This document shows, piece by piece, positions 9,274 through 18,839 of a stretch of 58,873 nucleotides of DNA (within the stretch, counting starts at the first letter, position 1; every line of letters starts with the position of its first letter). The position numbers and the translations under genes are program-made. This DNA comes from a virus (Duplodnaviria; Caudoviricetes). A model generated the notes under the pieces. The model was not told the DNA's origin. It made no database searches and was given only the letters and a program-made list of their open reading frames with translations. The DNA lies in the IMG/VR virus record IMGVR_UViG_3300043036_000281, positions 1 to 58,873 of that record; one strand, written 5' to 3'.

Positions 9274-9672
9274 TTAATAGCCGATGGCAATCCAGCGGGA
9301 GTTGCCAGATGAGTTGACTCCACTGTTCGCGTGGCTCGCAATAAACTGGACAGCTGTTACAGTCGACAACTCGACCTCATCAGCACCGCCAGTAGTACCA
9401 TTGGCCGTAGCAACAACAGAAAAACATGCTGTAGGGAATGCGATCGGGAACACTGTAGTAACAGTACCCCCGGTACCAGTTAATCCCCATTGAATAATCA
9501 ATCCACTTGGTAACTTCTGCCAGCCGTTGGTAGCCAGCAAAGAACCAAACTCATCTGCAAACTTCTTCATCGTGGCGACCAACTCCGTCCGGTCACCAGT
9601 CGCAGGCGAGGCCGCCAGCAGCGACCCAGTCGGCAACGTCATCGGCCCAGTGCCAGGAAGTGTAAGACTCAT
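9274..9672 (-). CDS. Tail fibre tip-like protein (gp53-like domain), paralog 1
   Basis: GWQKLPSGLIIQWG...FPIAFP...WIAIGY; AAGGAG RBS before the ATG at 9672. Confidence 0.75.
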   Translation of the reverse strand: MSLTLPGTGPMTLPTGSLLAASPATGDRTELVATMKKFADEFGSLLATNGWQKLPSGLIIQWGLTGTGGTVTTVFPIAFPTACFSVVATANGTTGGADEVELSTVTAVQFIASHANSGVNSSGNSRWIAIGY

Positions 9673-9682
9673 CTGAAGCTCC

Positions 9683-10441
9683 TTAAACCACGGTCCAGAC
9701 AGCGCCGGATGCAACCGTGACTGTCTTGCCGCTGGCAATGGTGATAGGGCCGGCAGTCATGGCATTCTGCGTACCGGTAACGGTGTAGTCGTTGTTGATG
9801 GTCTGATCGTTCAGATAGAACACCGCGTCGGTGCCGCCACCCGTTGCACCGCCCAAGGAACCCCAGGCCGCACCGTTGTTGCCTTCGAATCTGGACGTGT
9901 CGCTGTTGTAACGCAGCTTGCCCGCACCGTTGCTCGGGCGTTGCACGATGGTGCCGACAGGGAGCTCCGCAGCACCGGTGTTCGAATCCTTCTGGACCGT
10001 CGTACCAAGCGCAGCGCGAGAGGTGTCCGTCGGATGGACATGGTCCTCACGAGCAACGTCGGTCGATGTGCCAACGGCGGCAACACCATCCATCAGCGGA
10101 ACTGCATCGGCTAGCGAACTTTCAGCTGCAACCCCAAGCTGACGAGTCCAGTTGGCTGGGTTAAAGGCTCCAGGACTGATCGAGGTATTGGCCTGCCAGA
10201 TGTTCTTCTGGTAGATCACCTGCTGGCCGCCGGAATAACTGCTACCAGCACTGAATGCGGCAGTGCCTGTACCTTTCAGCGCATTCAGTGCGTCGACCTG
10301 GGCCTTCAGCCAGGTGGTCCGGTTCGCCAAGCCCTTGGCCTGCAGGTTGGAGATCCCGTTGACGCCACCAATCACCGCATCGACAAGTTCGATTTGGTAA
10401 ATGCCAGCGTCATACGCGGCTGATTCTGGAAGGTTCGCCAT
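9683..10441 (-). CDS. Tail fibre proximal/anchor protein
   Basis: N-terminal GG.NGISNLQAKGLANRT.WLK anchor motif; AREDHVHP and G.LRYN fibre repeats. Confidence 0.75.
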   Translation of the reverse strand: MANLPESAAYDAGIYQIELVDAVIGGVNGISNLQAKGLANRTTWLKAQVDALNALKGTGTAAFSAGSSYSGGQQVIYQKNIWQANTSISPGAFNPANWTRQLGVAAESSLADAVPLMDGVAAVGTSTDVAREDHVHPTDTSRAALGTTVQKDSNTGAAELPVGTIVQRPSNGAGKLRYNSDTSRFEGNNGAAWGSLGGATGGGTDAVFYLNDQTINNDYTVTGTQNAMTAGPITIASGKTVTVASGAVWTVV

Positions 10442-10452
10442 TTACCAGCCCC

Positions 10453-10917
10453 TTAAAAGTTGATGCGCCAGGTGCCCGCAAGCGAAAGATCGGAATCTTT
10501 CACAATGGCACCGGCACGGGTTTTTCGAGCAAAAAGCACATCACCAGCGGTGAACAGGCCGAATTCCAGGATGGACAGGCCATTGGCTTCTGACGTGCTC
10601 AGGGCAAAGGCGTATTGCACAGAGTTGGTCGCCGGGTAGGTGACAGCCCCCAGCGCATTAACATAGGCCCCTGTCAGCGATGTATTCCCCGCAGATGGAG
10701 CCGTACCCGAGGTGCCCCAGCCCATTTTGGTCAGCGACCGGTTGGTCACATCGCCGCCGATCAACCTGGCCAGCTGTTGTTTGGAAAGGTCAACGACCAG
10801 GTTGTTGTCTTCGTAGACCTCAACCAGCACGCCTTTGCGGTAAATGTTCAGCGTGAAAATTCCGACCGGCCGATACTCGGGGTCGCCGTAATTCACGTCG
10901 TCAATGAGTTGGATCAT
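10453..10917 (-). CDS. Baseplate/tail-fibre attachment protein
   Basis: NLVV...G.G.SG...EANG..I.EFGL..LFARK...W.I.F pattern; position. Confidence 0.6.
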   Translation of the reverse strand: MIQLIDDVNYGDPEYRPVGIFTLNIYRKGVLVEVYEDNNLVVDLSKQQLARLIGGDVTNRSLTKMGWGTSGTAPSAGNTSLTGAYVNALGAVTYPATNSVQYAFALSTSEANGLSILEFGLFTAGDVLFARKTRAGAIVKDSDLSLAGTWRINF

Positions 10918-10944
10918 GGGGGGATGCCCTCCTTTAATGACAGG

Positions 10945-10960
10945 AGGGTAATGTCACGAC
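10945..10960 (-). promoter_or_regulatory. Late-promoter-like motif
   Basis: GTCGTGAC-AT-TACCCT, intergenic. Confidence 0.6.
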
Positions 10961-10963
10961 CGA

Positions 10964-12079
10964 CTACAGCGTTTCAGTGGTGGTTACGCCGCTGTTGTAA
11001 TAGGCCAGACGACCTACCCCGCCATGCGTTCGCGCGCCGTTATACGTGTGGACACTCAGCGACTCTATTACCAGGTCACCATCCACTGGCATGACTGCGC
11101 TCTCGACCAATGACAACGTGGCAGAAAGTGCCATGGAATCAGTCTGAGCATCGACCGAATCGATCAGTGTCACTTCACCGGCAAAACTCAGGCTTTCGGT
11201 AAAGTTGTAGGTGGCGTTGTCGACCAGCTGACCAGATTGCAACAATATCTGCCGCAGGTGCGTGCCGGCCGATCGAAACTGGTCAATGATGCCGAGCACA
11301 CGCGCAGTGAACGGGGCAATGTCCTCAGACCCTTCCAGGTCGAAAGCATATTCCACGTCGAAAAGGTTGCGCTGATATTTGCTCGTCGCGTTATACAGCC
11401 TGCTACCGTCATGATCGACCGCACCGTCATAGGCGGTTGAAATATCACCGGGCAACGTAACGTCGGTCACTTTGGACGGTAGGCCCCCAGTGGCCTGACT
11501 GATGGCAATCTCGATCGCCTTGTTGTTGTTCCGCGGGCGGATCACCTCATAGATGATTCGCGGACCGTAAACCTCATCGGTTTCTTCGTTCTGGCGCTTG
11601 ACGTTGTAATAGTCGCCGATTTCATCCAGCCACTCATCCTCAGCCGTTGGCACGACCATCTGCCGCAGCATCTGATAGATCTGTTCGCGCGCACGCTTGA
11701 GCTCGTAGGCGCTGGCTTCGAGAAACGCCCAGGTCAGAGACGTGTAGGCGTACAGGTGATCGCCATTCGATTGCGCCTGATCACCAGTGCTATCCATCAG
11801 CACACGCGCGCCGAGCGTCGATGCCGTGCCGGAAATTTGGAACGGCACCGAATACCCGGGCAACGCGGAAAAGTGATTCGCCAGCTGCGCCAGGTTGTAG
11901 TCAGCCAGTTCAACCACCTGGCTATCACCCGATCCGCCCGTCACGGTAGTAGTCAGCACCGCATCTTCAATGGTCCAGACCATGCCGCCGTCATAACTGA
12001 TACGCAGCGCCATGAACTGCACCGGATCGCGACTGAATGCCCGATTCAGGTAGCCAAGAAGTTTTTGAGTCAGCTTCAT
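10964..12079 (-). CDS. Baseplate wedge protein (P2 gpI-like position)
   Basis: TA..EWLDEIG.YY.V.R...E.D..Y motif; directly after baseplate J. Confidence 0.65.
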   Translation of the reverse strand: MKLTQKLLGYLNRAFSRDPVQFMALRISYDGGMVWTIEDAVLTTTVTGGSGDSQVVELADYNLAQLANHFSALPGYSVPFQISGTASTLGARVLMDSTGDQAQSNGDHLYAYTSLTWAFLEASAYELKRAREQIYQMLRQMVVPTAEDEWLDEIGDYYNVKRQNEETDEVYGPRIIYEVIRPRNNNKAIEIAISQATGGLPSKVTDVTLPGDISTAYDGAVDHDGSRLYNATSKYQRNLFDVEYAFDLEGSEDIAPFTARVLGIIDQFRSAGTHLRQILLQSGQLVDNATYNFTESLSFAGEVTLIDSVDAQTDSMALSATLSLVESAVMPVDGDLVIESLSVHTYNGARTHGGVGRLAYYNSGVTTTETL

Positions 12080-12083
12080 GCTG

Positions 12084-13214
12084 TTAGACCCCCGCTGTCA
12101 GCGTGACGACACCCGGCATGATTTTCTCAGAAGCGCTCGGAGCCAGGTCGGAAGTCGGCGCCGCCAGCACCAGGTTGTAAACGCCAGGCACCGCCATGAT
12201 CCGCTCGATGATTTCGTTCTTCACCGATTTCTCACCGACCTTCAGCGAAAGCAGGTACGAGCGAACCACCGTCGTACAGGCGGCCAAGACGTCAGCACTC
12301 TGATACCCAGCCAGGAAGTAGATCGAGCCGGTAACTGCCTGGAGCACTTCGGTCGCAGCGAAGCAATCAACCACTACCCCGGCGGCCTTCCAGCCAGGAA
12401 TAGGGTTCCCGTCCGCGTCGTAGGACCCATCGATAATCACCTGAGCATTGTCCACCAGCGTCGGCGATGTACCGCCAACCCCGTTGTGGATGTACACCTC
12501 GACATAACCCGGATCATTAGCGACCGGATCCACTTCGTAGGGTTCGATGATGCCGATGAACACCACGCGCTCGATGATGATCCCGTTAACATCAGTGACC
12601 ACCGCTGTGCTGGCGCCGTAGCGAATTGCCGCCAAGGTGCCGCGCTGTAGCGTACTGATGAAGCCCTGAAAACGCAGCTTGCGCTCGTCGTCTGTTTCAA
12701 CATCCCGGCCGCCAGAAAATGGCGTCAGGTTGGAAACTCCGGAAATTCCGGAAATCGCCCCGATCAGCACCAGGATGGTATTCGCGTCGCAGTTTGTATC
12801 GGAGCCAACCGTGTCAGCCACGCCGGCCACAGATACCTGTGCTTCACCAACCTCCAGGAATACATCGCGAATGGTCCGGTAAATCTTGTTGGTGGTCGGA
12901 TTTTTAACCAGCGTGCCTGTGGCAATCAGGATTGGCGCAGCATGGCCACCGCTGGCGTAGAAAGTCAGCACGCCGTTAGCAGCCGAGGCCGGCAGCAACG
13001 GGAATTCGAACGTGTTGTAGGTCGCGACCGGAATGGCTTCCTTCAGGCCGTGGAACATCTCCTGGTAAAGCTGGTCCAGCTCGGAGGCCGGCGCCTCAAT
13101 CAGCGTGCGCGCCACCGACCCGACGTTGAAGTCGGTAATCTTTTTGGTGCTCGCCCGCATCAGATTGATCATCGATGCGGTAATCGAGACGAAGTCCTTT
13201 ATTTGAAACGCCAC
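12084..13214 (-). CDS. Baseplate J-like wedge protein
   Basis: TDFNVGSVARTLIEA, GG.D.ETD...K.R, GT..AI motifs. Confidence 0.85.
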   Translation of the reverse strand: MAFQIKDFVSITASMINLMRASTKKITDFNVGSVARTLIEAPASELDQLYQEMFHGLKEAIPVATYNTFEFPLLPASAANGVLTFYASGGHAAPILIATGTLVKNPTTNKIYRTIRDVFLEVGEAQVSVAGVADTVGSDTNCDANTILVLIGAISGISGVSNLTPFSGGRDVETDDERKLRFQGFISTLQRGTLAAIRYGASTAVVTDVNGIIIERVVFIGIIEPYEVDPVANDPGYVEVYIHNGVGGTSPTLVDNAQVIIDGSYDADGNPIPGWKAAGVVVDCFAATEVLQAVTGSIYFLAGYQSADVLAACTTVVRSYLLSLKVGEKSVKNEIIERIMAVPGVYNLVLAAPTSDLAPSASEKIMPGVVTLTAGV

Positions 13215-13215
13215 G

Positions 13216-13839
13216 TTAGATCCCCACTTCGATTTTCATTGAGCGCCCAATGATGGGCAACACGTCAGCGGTGCCCTGGATCTGATCGCCGACTACATTA
13301 GCGACCACGCTGGTGACTTCCTGGACGCGCGGATCAGCCTTTAAGGTGGCTGCCACGTACTTGGCCGCCAGCGTGGCAGCCGTTGGGCCATTCACCGTGC
13401 CAATCAGCGCCCGGTGCAGCGAGCCGTATTCCGGATGCCACAGCAGCTCACCGCGCTCCACATCCACACGGTGCTCGAGTGCTTGCTTCAGGTTTGCACG
13501 GCCGTCGAATATGACGAAGTCGCCACCCTCATCGGCCGACAGGTCACCATCGATCAGCCCCATGTCGAGCTGATAGATCTCATCAGGATCAGTGGAATCA
13601 GACGCCTCAGAAATCTTGCTCTGTGCTGGGACAACGATTTGTTTCCCAGACAGCACAACTCGATCGGAAGCGAGCGATGCATCGTCAGTAATGTAGGGCG
13701 GCAGCAGGTTATTGATGTTGGCCAGGTCCGGCCAGCGATCGGCATTGCCCAGCTCGCGCGCGGCAACCCGCTGCAAGGTGTCGCCATACAGCGTATCGAC
13801 CAGGCGGTAGCCAATCAGAGGACGGTCAAATTCACTCAT
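13216..13839 (-). CDS. LysM-like plus gp25/W-like baseplate protein
   Basis: GDTLQRVAARELG.ADRW..LA..N; NLKQAL, HPEYGS, DPRV. Confidence 0.75.
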   Translation of the reverse strand: MSEFDRPLIGYRLVDTLYGDTLQRVAARELGNADRWPDLANINNLLPPYITDDASLASDRVVLSGKQIVVPAQSKISEASDSTDPDEIYQLDMGLIDGDLSADEGGDFVIFDGRANLKQALEHRVDVERGELLWHPEYGSLHRALIGTVNGPTAATLAAKYVAATLKADPRVQEVTSVVANVVGDQIQGTADVLPIIGRSMKIEVGI

Positions 13840-14999
13840 GCTGTAGCCTCGACAACAACCGTCCCGTCATTGACCGAGCGAATATTGGATTCCATATCCA
13901 TCGTCGGCGTTGCCGAAAGCACGTCCATACCAACCAGCAGCTTCATGGCGCTGCGTGCTTCAGGTGTTTGCGTGATCGGCGTGCTGGCGCTCGGTGCCAA
14001 CTTGTAGAAAGGGTTCTCGAAGCGCAGCGGCGACAGTGGACGCCCGCCGGAAATCGAGGAACAGTTGCTCGCACCGTACCAGTCGGAATAATTCGGGTAT
14101 TTCTTGCCGCCGCCGAAAGCGTTTTTCAGCAAGCACAAGGCATAAGTGAAGGCGCCGCCGATTTCCATGATCCTGGATTTGACGAACGTGCCAAGGGACT
14201 GGACCGAGGCCACGCTCGCCATGATGTTGCGGCCGGCCTGGGCCAGGTCAGTGGCGATCGACATCAAAGGTCCGGCCACCTCATCAAACGATCCCTTCAA
14301 GGAGCTGATCGTCTCGACCGTTACCGCCAGCACGTTGGCCGTCAGGTTCATGAAGGAACGAACCGCGGCGCCGATCGTACCGTTGATGAAGTTGCCCACG
14401 GTGGTGGCGAAGTTGCGGATACGGCCCAGGATCTCCCGGAGCGTTTTCAGCGCCTCGGGAACGGCCACGTCACCCGGCAAGATCACTGGCGGCCTGAGTT
14501 TGTCCTTGAGCTCCACCAGGTCTTCTGACAGCACCAGCATGCTGATCTGGTATTGCATCAGCAGCGGGCTCTGTTTGTTACGACGCAGCGTGAAGGCCAT
14601 CGGGGCCACCACGTACACGAAGTCGTCGAGCAGATCGGCAAAGATCAGCTGAATCAGCTCAGGGTCACGCCCGGCAGCAATCGCTAGACGGCGTTTCTCA
14701 TGCCAGCTCTTGAACACGGTGTTGTTCAGTGTCTTGAACGCCTCGACCCCATCCTCCAGATAACTGCCACGCCAGCCGGTATGACCGTTGATGTTCACCT
14801 GGCGAATGCCTGGCCCCCAGTTATCCAGCCAGGCCCCGCCGAGCGTCTGCTGCACAGTGGCGCGCGACGGCTCCACCCGCGTCAGATCAGCTGGGCGGAT
14901 GTTCAGTGGGACGCTGGTCAGGTCGTTGCCATTGCTCAGATCCTGGAGCAGGAAGCTGATCGGGCGAACGGCTGATTTCTGGGACGATGGTGTGCTCAT
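13836..14999 (-). CDS. Tail tube initiator/baseplate hub-associated protein
   Basis: QTLGGAW.D.WG.G...I.G.TG pattern; position in the tail module. Confidence 0.55.
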   Translation of the reverse strand: MSTPSSQKSAVRPISFLLQDLSNGNDLTSVPLNIRPADLTRVEPSRATVQQTLGGAWLDNWGPGIRQVNINGHTGWRGSYLEDGVEAFKTLNNTVFKSWHEKRRLAIAAGRDPELIQLIFADLLDDFVYVVAPMAFTLRRNKQSPLLMQYQISMLVLSEDLVELKDKLRPPVILPGDVAVPEALKTLREILGRIRNFATTVGNFINGTIGAAVRSFMNLTANVLAVTVETISSLKGSFDEVAGPLMSIATDLAQAGRNIMASVASVQSLGTFVKSRIMEIGGAFTYALCLLKNAFGGGKKYPNYSDWYGASNCSSISGGRPLSPLRFENPFYKLAPSASTPITQTPEARSAMKLLVGMDVLSATPTMDMESNIRSVNDGTVVVEATA

Positions 15000-15005
15000 G
15001 ACAGG

Positions 15006-15021
15006 ATGGTGCTGTCACGAC
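15006..15021 (-). promoter_or_regulatory. Late-promoter-like motif, predicted leaderless
   Basis: GTCGTGAC-AG-CACCAT-6 nt-ATG(14999). Confidence 0.65.
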
Positions 15022-15049
15022 AAGCGGTGCAATTACTTTGTATGTGCAG

Positions 15050-15078
15050 TTGCAAAGATATACATCTGCGACTATATT
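15050..15078 (+). promoter_or_regulatory. Sigma70-like promoter of the inserted operon
   Basis: TTGCAA-17 nt-TATATT. Confidence 0.65.
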
Positions 15079-15117
15079 TAAGTTGTAGGTAAGAAGAACG
15101 ACGCGGAGGAAGAAGAG

Positions 15118-15312
15118 ATGAGCAACTACAAAATGTGCGACGGTTCGAAGCTAGATCACAAGAAAACAAAGGTTGGTGGCGAGTTCGTATACCGGGGCTA
15201 CACGCTGACTAAGGATCGGATTTTGGGTTACACCACCAAGGAAGACAAAAGCCTGTTTGCTCATCGCGAAGTTAGCTTACTTCTGACCATCAACGCTCGT
15301 CTCGACGCCTAA
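15118..15312 (+). CDS. Small hypothetical protein (64 aa)
   Basis: GGAGGA RBS; first gene after the promoter. Confidence 0.65.
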   Translation: MSNYKMCDGSKLDHKKTKVGGEFVYRGYTLTKDRILGYTTKEDKSLFAHREVSLLLTINARLDA

Positions 15313-15368
15313 TCTACCCGCCCGGGAAACCGGGCTCTTCACTGGAACGAACAACGGAGCAAGACGAG

Positions 15369-15518
15369 ATGACAGGCAAGAAATGGTTTTACTGGCTCGG
15401 CAAACTTCACGGGGGCCGCAAGCTTCAACGAGAGTCACGCCAATGGCCTACGTTTGCGCAAGAGGCGTATGGACGTGGTTGGTACGACGGCTTCAACCAA
15501 GTCAGTATTTCTGACTAA
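15369..15518 (+). CDS. Small hypothetical protein (49 aa), not in the ORF track
   Basis: MTGKKWFYWLGKLHGGRKLQRESRQWPTFAQEAYGRGWYDGFNQVSISD; GGAG upstream. Confidence 0.55.
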   Translation: MTGKKWFYWLGKLHGGRKLQRESRQWPTFAQEAYGRGWYDGFNQVSISD

Positions 15519-15535
15519 CCAACCCCGCCCACCTC

Positions 15536-15556
15536 AAGCCCCTTAACTGGGGCTTT
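15536..15556 (+). terminator. Hairpin, weak terminator or processing site
   Basis: AAGCCCC-TTAACT-GGGGCTTT. Confidence 0.4.
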
Positions 15557-15582
15557 GCCAGTACCACCACGTAGGATCTGAA

Positions 15583-15726
15583 ATGCTCGATCGCCGCCAC
15601 AGCCACGGAGTACGAACCACGGATATTTCCCTGGGCTACATCCGCATGCTGGAGCCGCAGTTCGTGGTAGTTCAGTGGTACATGTTCGGCGACCACGGAG
15701 ACTTCTGCCCGGTCGAATTCAGGTAA
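15583..15726 (+). CDS. Small hypothetical protein (47 aa), not in the ORF track
   Basis: MLDRRHSHGVRTTDISLGYIRMLEPQFVVVQWYMFGDHGDFCPVEFR; AGGA RBS. Confidence 0.45.
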   Translation: MLDRRHSHGVRTTDISLGYIRMLEPQFVVVQWYMFGDHGDFCPVEFR

Positions 15727-15751
15727 ACAGCAGACCATAAGGATACGCATC

Positions 15752-16432
15752 ATGAAATCGCAAGCCACCCGCAACACCGTGATCGAAGCTCGCCGCCAGC
15801 GTAAATTGGCCATCCTGACTGCCCCGTTCGCAATCGTCAGCGTTATCCTTGCAGCCTTCGCCCTGGTGAGCATGGTTACACCAGCTCAGGCCTCCGACGA
15901 TGTCGAAGCCTACCGCGTTGCCGCCGACACTTTTTATTGCCCTCAGCCGCAGACGACCATGGCCGCCAAGGCGCGCATTCTCGAAGACGACTACCAGGGT
16001 TATCTGCAGGTGGTGACTGATGGGAATTGCGGTGAAGCCCCAGAAGGCTTTGTGGTGGCAGTCACGGAAATACATGACGGCACCTCCCGCGGCCTGATGC
16101 GCGACACGGAGAACCAGGTGGTCGACGGCTATTTCCTGACGCCACTGCTGAAACCGGCGCCTGACCTGATGCCAGCTGCATCAGCTACCGTACTGACGAA
16201 AACCGTGTTTATGTGCCGTGAGGCGATCGCCGCCGAGCTGTATCAGTCAAGGCTGGATATTGGTGACTCTCAGGGGGCAAAGATGCTGATCGACGAGAAT
16301 GGCTGTGCGGCAGTGTTTGCCGGTGACATGGTCACCGTGACCGGGGAACCGAACAACAAGGTTTATGCTGTCGAGGCTCCCGTGGGCGGTCAGGTGGTAC
16401 CGGGCTTTATCCCACAAGCCCAATTCCGTTAG
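15752..16432 (+). CDS. Exported or membrane-anchored protein with a two-repeat Cys-containing domain
   Basis: Basic N-terminus, TM, AQA cleavage-like site; repeated F.C...C...V.V...GY/GF units. Confidence 0.7.
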   Translation: MKSQATRNTVIEARRQRKLAILTAPFAIVSVILAAFALVSMVTPAQASDDVEAYRVAADTFYCPQPQTTMAAKARILEDDYQGYLQVVTDGNCGEAPEGFVVAVTEIHDGTSRGLMRDTENQVVDGYFLTPLLKPAPDLMPAASATVLTKTVFMCREAIAAELYQSRLDIGDSQGAKMLIDENGCAAVFAGDMVTVTGEPNNKVYAVEAPVGGQVVPGFIPQAQFR

Positions 16433-17238
16433 GGGTTTGGCACCGCAGTTTTTCCAGGAATCAGCGCGCCAGTACCGTGGTCATGGGTGTCGCCAACGTT
16501 TTTAGTATTGTGCTTGAGCGTGGCGCTGTTGATCTGCACGGAAGAACTGCTAGTGGCCTCGATCGTATTGGCCACCAGCGTATCGGAACCGGTAACGTTC
16601 TTCATTGCGTTGCCAGCCACGATCAGCGCGTAATTACCACCGACGTTCTGTGTGTAGTTACCGGCATGGCCCAGCGTTACATTGCCGGCCGGATCAATAT
16701 CCAGGCTTGCCACCTCCGCACCCGCATTACGCACTGATAAATGCACATGCACGGCCTTATCGGTGTTGTTGGCGATTGCCCACTTTCCATCAAAATCCTG
16801 CCCGGTCAGATCCTCATGCTCTGGCCCAGTGCCGATGCGCAGATAGGTACCTGACGGATGGAACATTTCATAGTTGCCGTCATTGTCCGTCGTCGTGTAC
16901 ACGTCCGAGGCGTGTCGGTCCACCTTGAAGTTCTGTCGGTCGAACAGCATCTGGCAGACCTGAGGAAACAGGAAGCCAATCACCACCGGCAGATTCTTGT
17001 AATAGGCGACACAGGCGATCACCTCACGTTCGCCGATCCTGTTCGGGTCCCACTGATCTTGCCCGGCCGCCGGCTGATCCGGCTGCACCAGGTTGACCAG
17101 TCCAGTATCGCCGCCAGCAGACCCCGCCAGCACCTGAACAGACGGCACACGGTCGCCGGTATCCATGAACAGTAGGTCGACGGCATGGCCACCAGGGACC
17201 ACACGCATCACTTTCGCCAAACTGATGCCGTCGTTCAT
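16429..17238 (-). CDS. Baseplate central spike (gpV/gp45-like)
   Basis: OB-like N-terminus, V.GN repeats of a beta helix, C-terminal HxH (THDH). Confidence 0.8.
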   Translation of the reverse strand: MNDGISLAKVMRVVPGGHAVDLLFMDTGDRVPSVQVLAGSAGGDTGLVNLVQPDQPAAGQDQWDPNRIGEREVIACVAYYKNLPVVIGFLFPQVCQMLFDRQNFKVDRHASDVYTTTDNDGNYEMFHPSGTYLRIGTGPEHEDLTGQDFDGKWAIANNTDKAVHVHLSVRNAGAEVASLDIDPAGNVTLGHAGNYTQNVGGNYALIVAGNAMKNVTGSDTLVANTIEATSSSSVQINSATLKHNTKNVGDTHDHGTGALIPGKTAVPNP

Positions 17239-18839
17239 TCGACACTCCTGTACACGCCATCACCATTCAGCTCAGAAAGGTATGGCGACTGCAAGCCGTT
17301 GCCACGTTTGGCTCGCTCGATGAATCCGGTGCCGCGCTCGAACGTCACCGTGGTGATGAAGGAACGAAACGGCATGAATGAGTGTTCAACCCGAGTCAGG
17401 TAATAGTCAGCGTACATGTTGCCACGCCACACGCGCAGGTACATGCCAGCTTTGATCTGCTCATTGCCCTTGAGCACCATCTGCCCGCTTTCGAACACGA
17501 CGTTGTCACGGTTGTTGGCCACCAGGATCGCACGGCGCTCATCAAGCCATGATTGCAATGCACCCTTTCCGGCCAGGATCTCCTGTTCTTTCTGCGAATC
17601 GAAACGGCCACCCTGATTGGTCTGCACCTGCATCATGCGCAGACCGTAGAGCCATGGCGCGCTGTTGCGGTAGTTCTCAATAAAGTAGGTTTCCGGATTC
17701 AGGCCGGCCGCTTGCAGGCGCAGCGTCTCGCCCTGGATCAGCGAGAACGATGGGTTGTCGACCCAGAAGTAGTTAGCCAGGTTGGCATCCGATCGGCCTG
17801 TGTTGATGCTGATCACGTCGATGTCGGTGATCTCGATGGTGACGATCCCCAGGCCCTGCACAAATCCTTCACCATCCGGCGGCTCGTAAGGATCAATCGG
17901 CGGATTCACCAGGTCATTGCCTGGTGTGAAAAACGGATTTGGCCGGTAGACGATCGCCACCCCGTCCTCACGGTCTTCCATATAGAGCTCATTCCACGGA
18001 CCGACGTCGCCGTAGTGGCAAAGCATTTGGTACAGCGTGCCGCCGGAGAAGCTGTTTACGCCAAAGGCCGATACGCGCGCATCTGGAACCGTCAGGTCGA
18101 ACACTTCGATGTCACGCACAGGACTGTTGCTGTCGCCCATTTCATCGAAGCCCATGCCCGAGTTGGTGCGCATGTTGGTGGTGAACGAATTCAGCACGCT
18201 CTGCACCACCTCATAAATGAACTGGTTTGGCGTGAAATCGACGTTCGAGTTGACCCCGTAGTTCTGGGCAAATTTCAGCGTGGTCAACAACTCTTGACCC
18301 AACACGTAGTTCGCCAGGTAGCGAATCTGAATGATTTGCCACAGCTTGCCGTAGTCCATACCGCTGATGCTGATCGAGCGCTGAGGCCTTCCGCTAGGAT
18401 CGATACTTTCCATCCGCCGCGGTGACGTAACGAAGCCACGCATGATGATCGGTAACTGTTCGGCCAGGCCCTGGTACTCGGCCACCACCCCAGGACTGGT
18501 CGGCGCGTGCGCCATGCGGATCTCAATTACATCCATCGGCTCGATGAGCCCGTACAGGGATTCCATCTGCGCGTTGTCGCCATTGAAAATCTTATCTGCC
18601 AACGTGACAGTGAAGCTGCCGGCCGGCTCGCGCACACCCTTCGCTGTACGCACACCGCCGGACTCGCCCAGGTAAGGCGTGAGGTCGATTCGATTCTGTA
18701 CGCCCTTGAATCGACCTGAGGCCGGGGATTCACTGCCCAACCCATCACCACCCGCCACATATTCACGGGCAACGTTCTTCAGCAGTAGAACGCTGATTTT
18801 CGGCTCATGAACTGGAATCGGTGTTCTGTTATTTCTCAT
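17235..18839 (-). CDS. Baseplate hub protein
   Basis: Between tape measure and spike; C-terminal YY...VEH.F...T.V..ERG. Confidence 0.65.
   Translation of the reverse strand: MRNNRTPIPVHEPKISVLLLKNVAREYVAGGDGLGSESPASGRFKGVQNRIDLTPYLGESGGVRTAKGVREPAGSFTVTLADKIFNGDNAQMESLYGLIEPMDVIEIRMAHAPTSPGVVAEYQGLAEQLPIIMRGFVTSPRRMESIDPSGRPQRSISISGMDYGKLWQIIQIRYLANYVLGQELLTTLKFAQNYGVNSNVDFTPNQFIYEVVQSVLNSFTTNMRTNSGMGFDEMGDSNSPVRDIEVFDLTVPDARVSAFGVNSFSGGTLYQMLCHYGDVGPWNELYMEDREDGVAIVYRPNPFFTPGNDLVNPPIDPYEPPDGEGFVQGLGIVTIEITDIDVISINTGRSDANLANYFWVDNPSFSLIQGETLRLQAAGLNPETYFIENYRNSAPWLYGLRMMQVQTNQGGRFDSQKEQEILAGKGALQSWLDERRAILVANNRDNVVFESGQMVLKGNEQIKAGMYLRVWRGNMYADYYLTRVEHSFMPFRSFITTVTFERGTGFIERAKRGNGLQSPYLSELNGDGVYRSVE

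Noticed and set aside
8341-9672. Invertible tail-fibre shufflon
   Set aside because: All three copies are co-oriented with their own starts; there are no inverted crossover sites and no recombinase.
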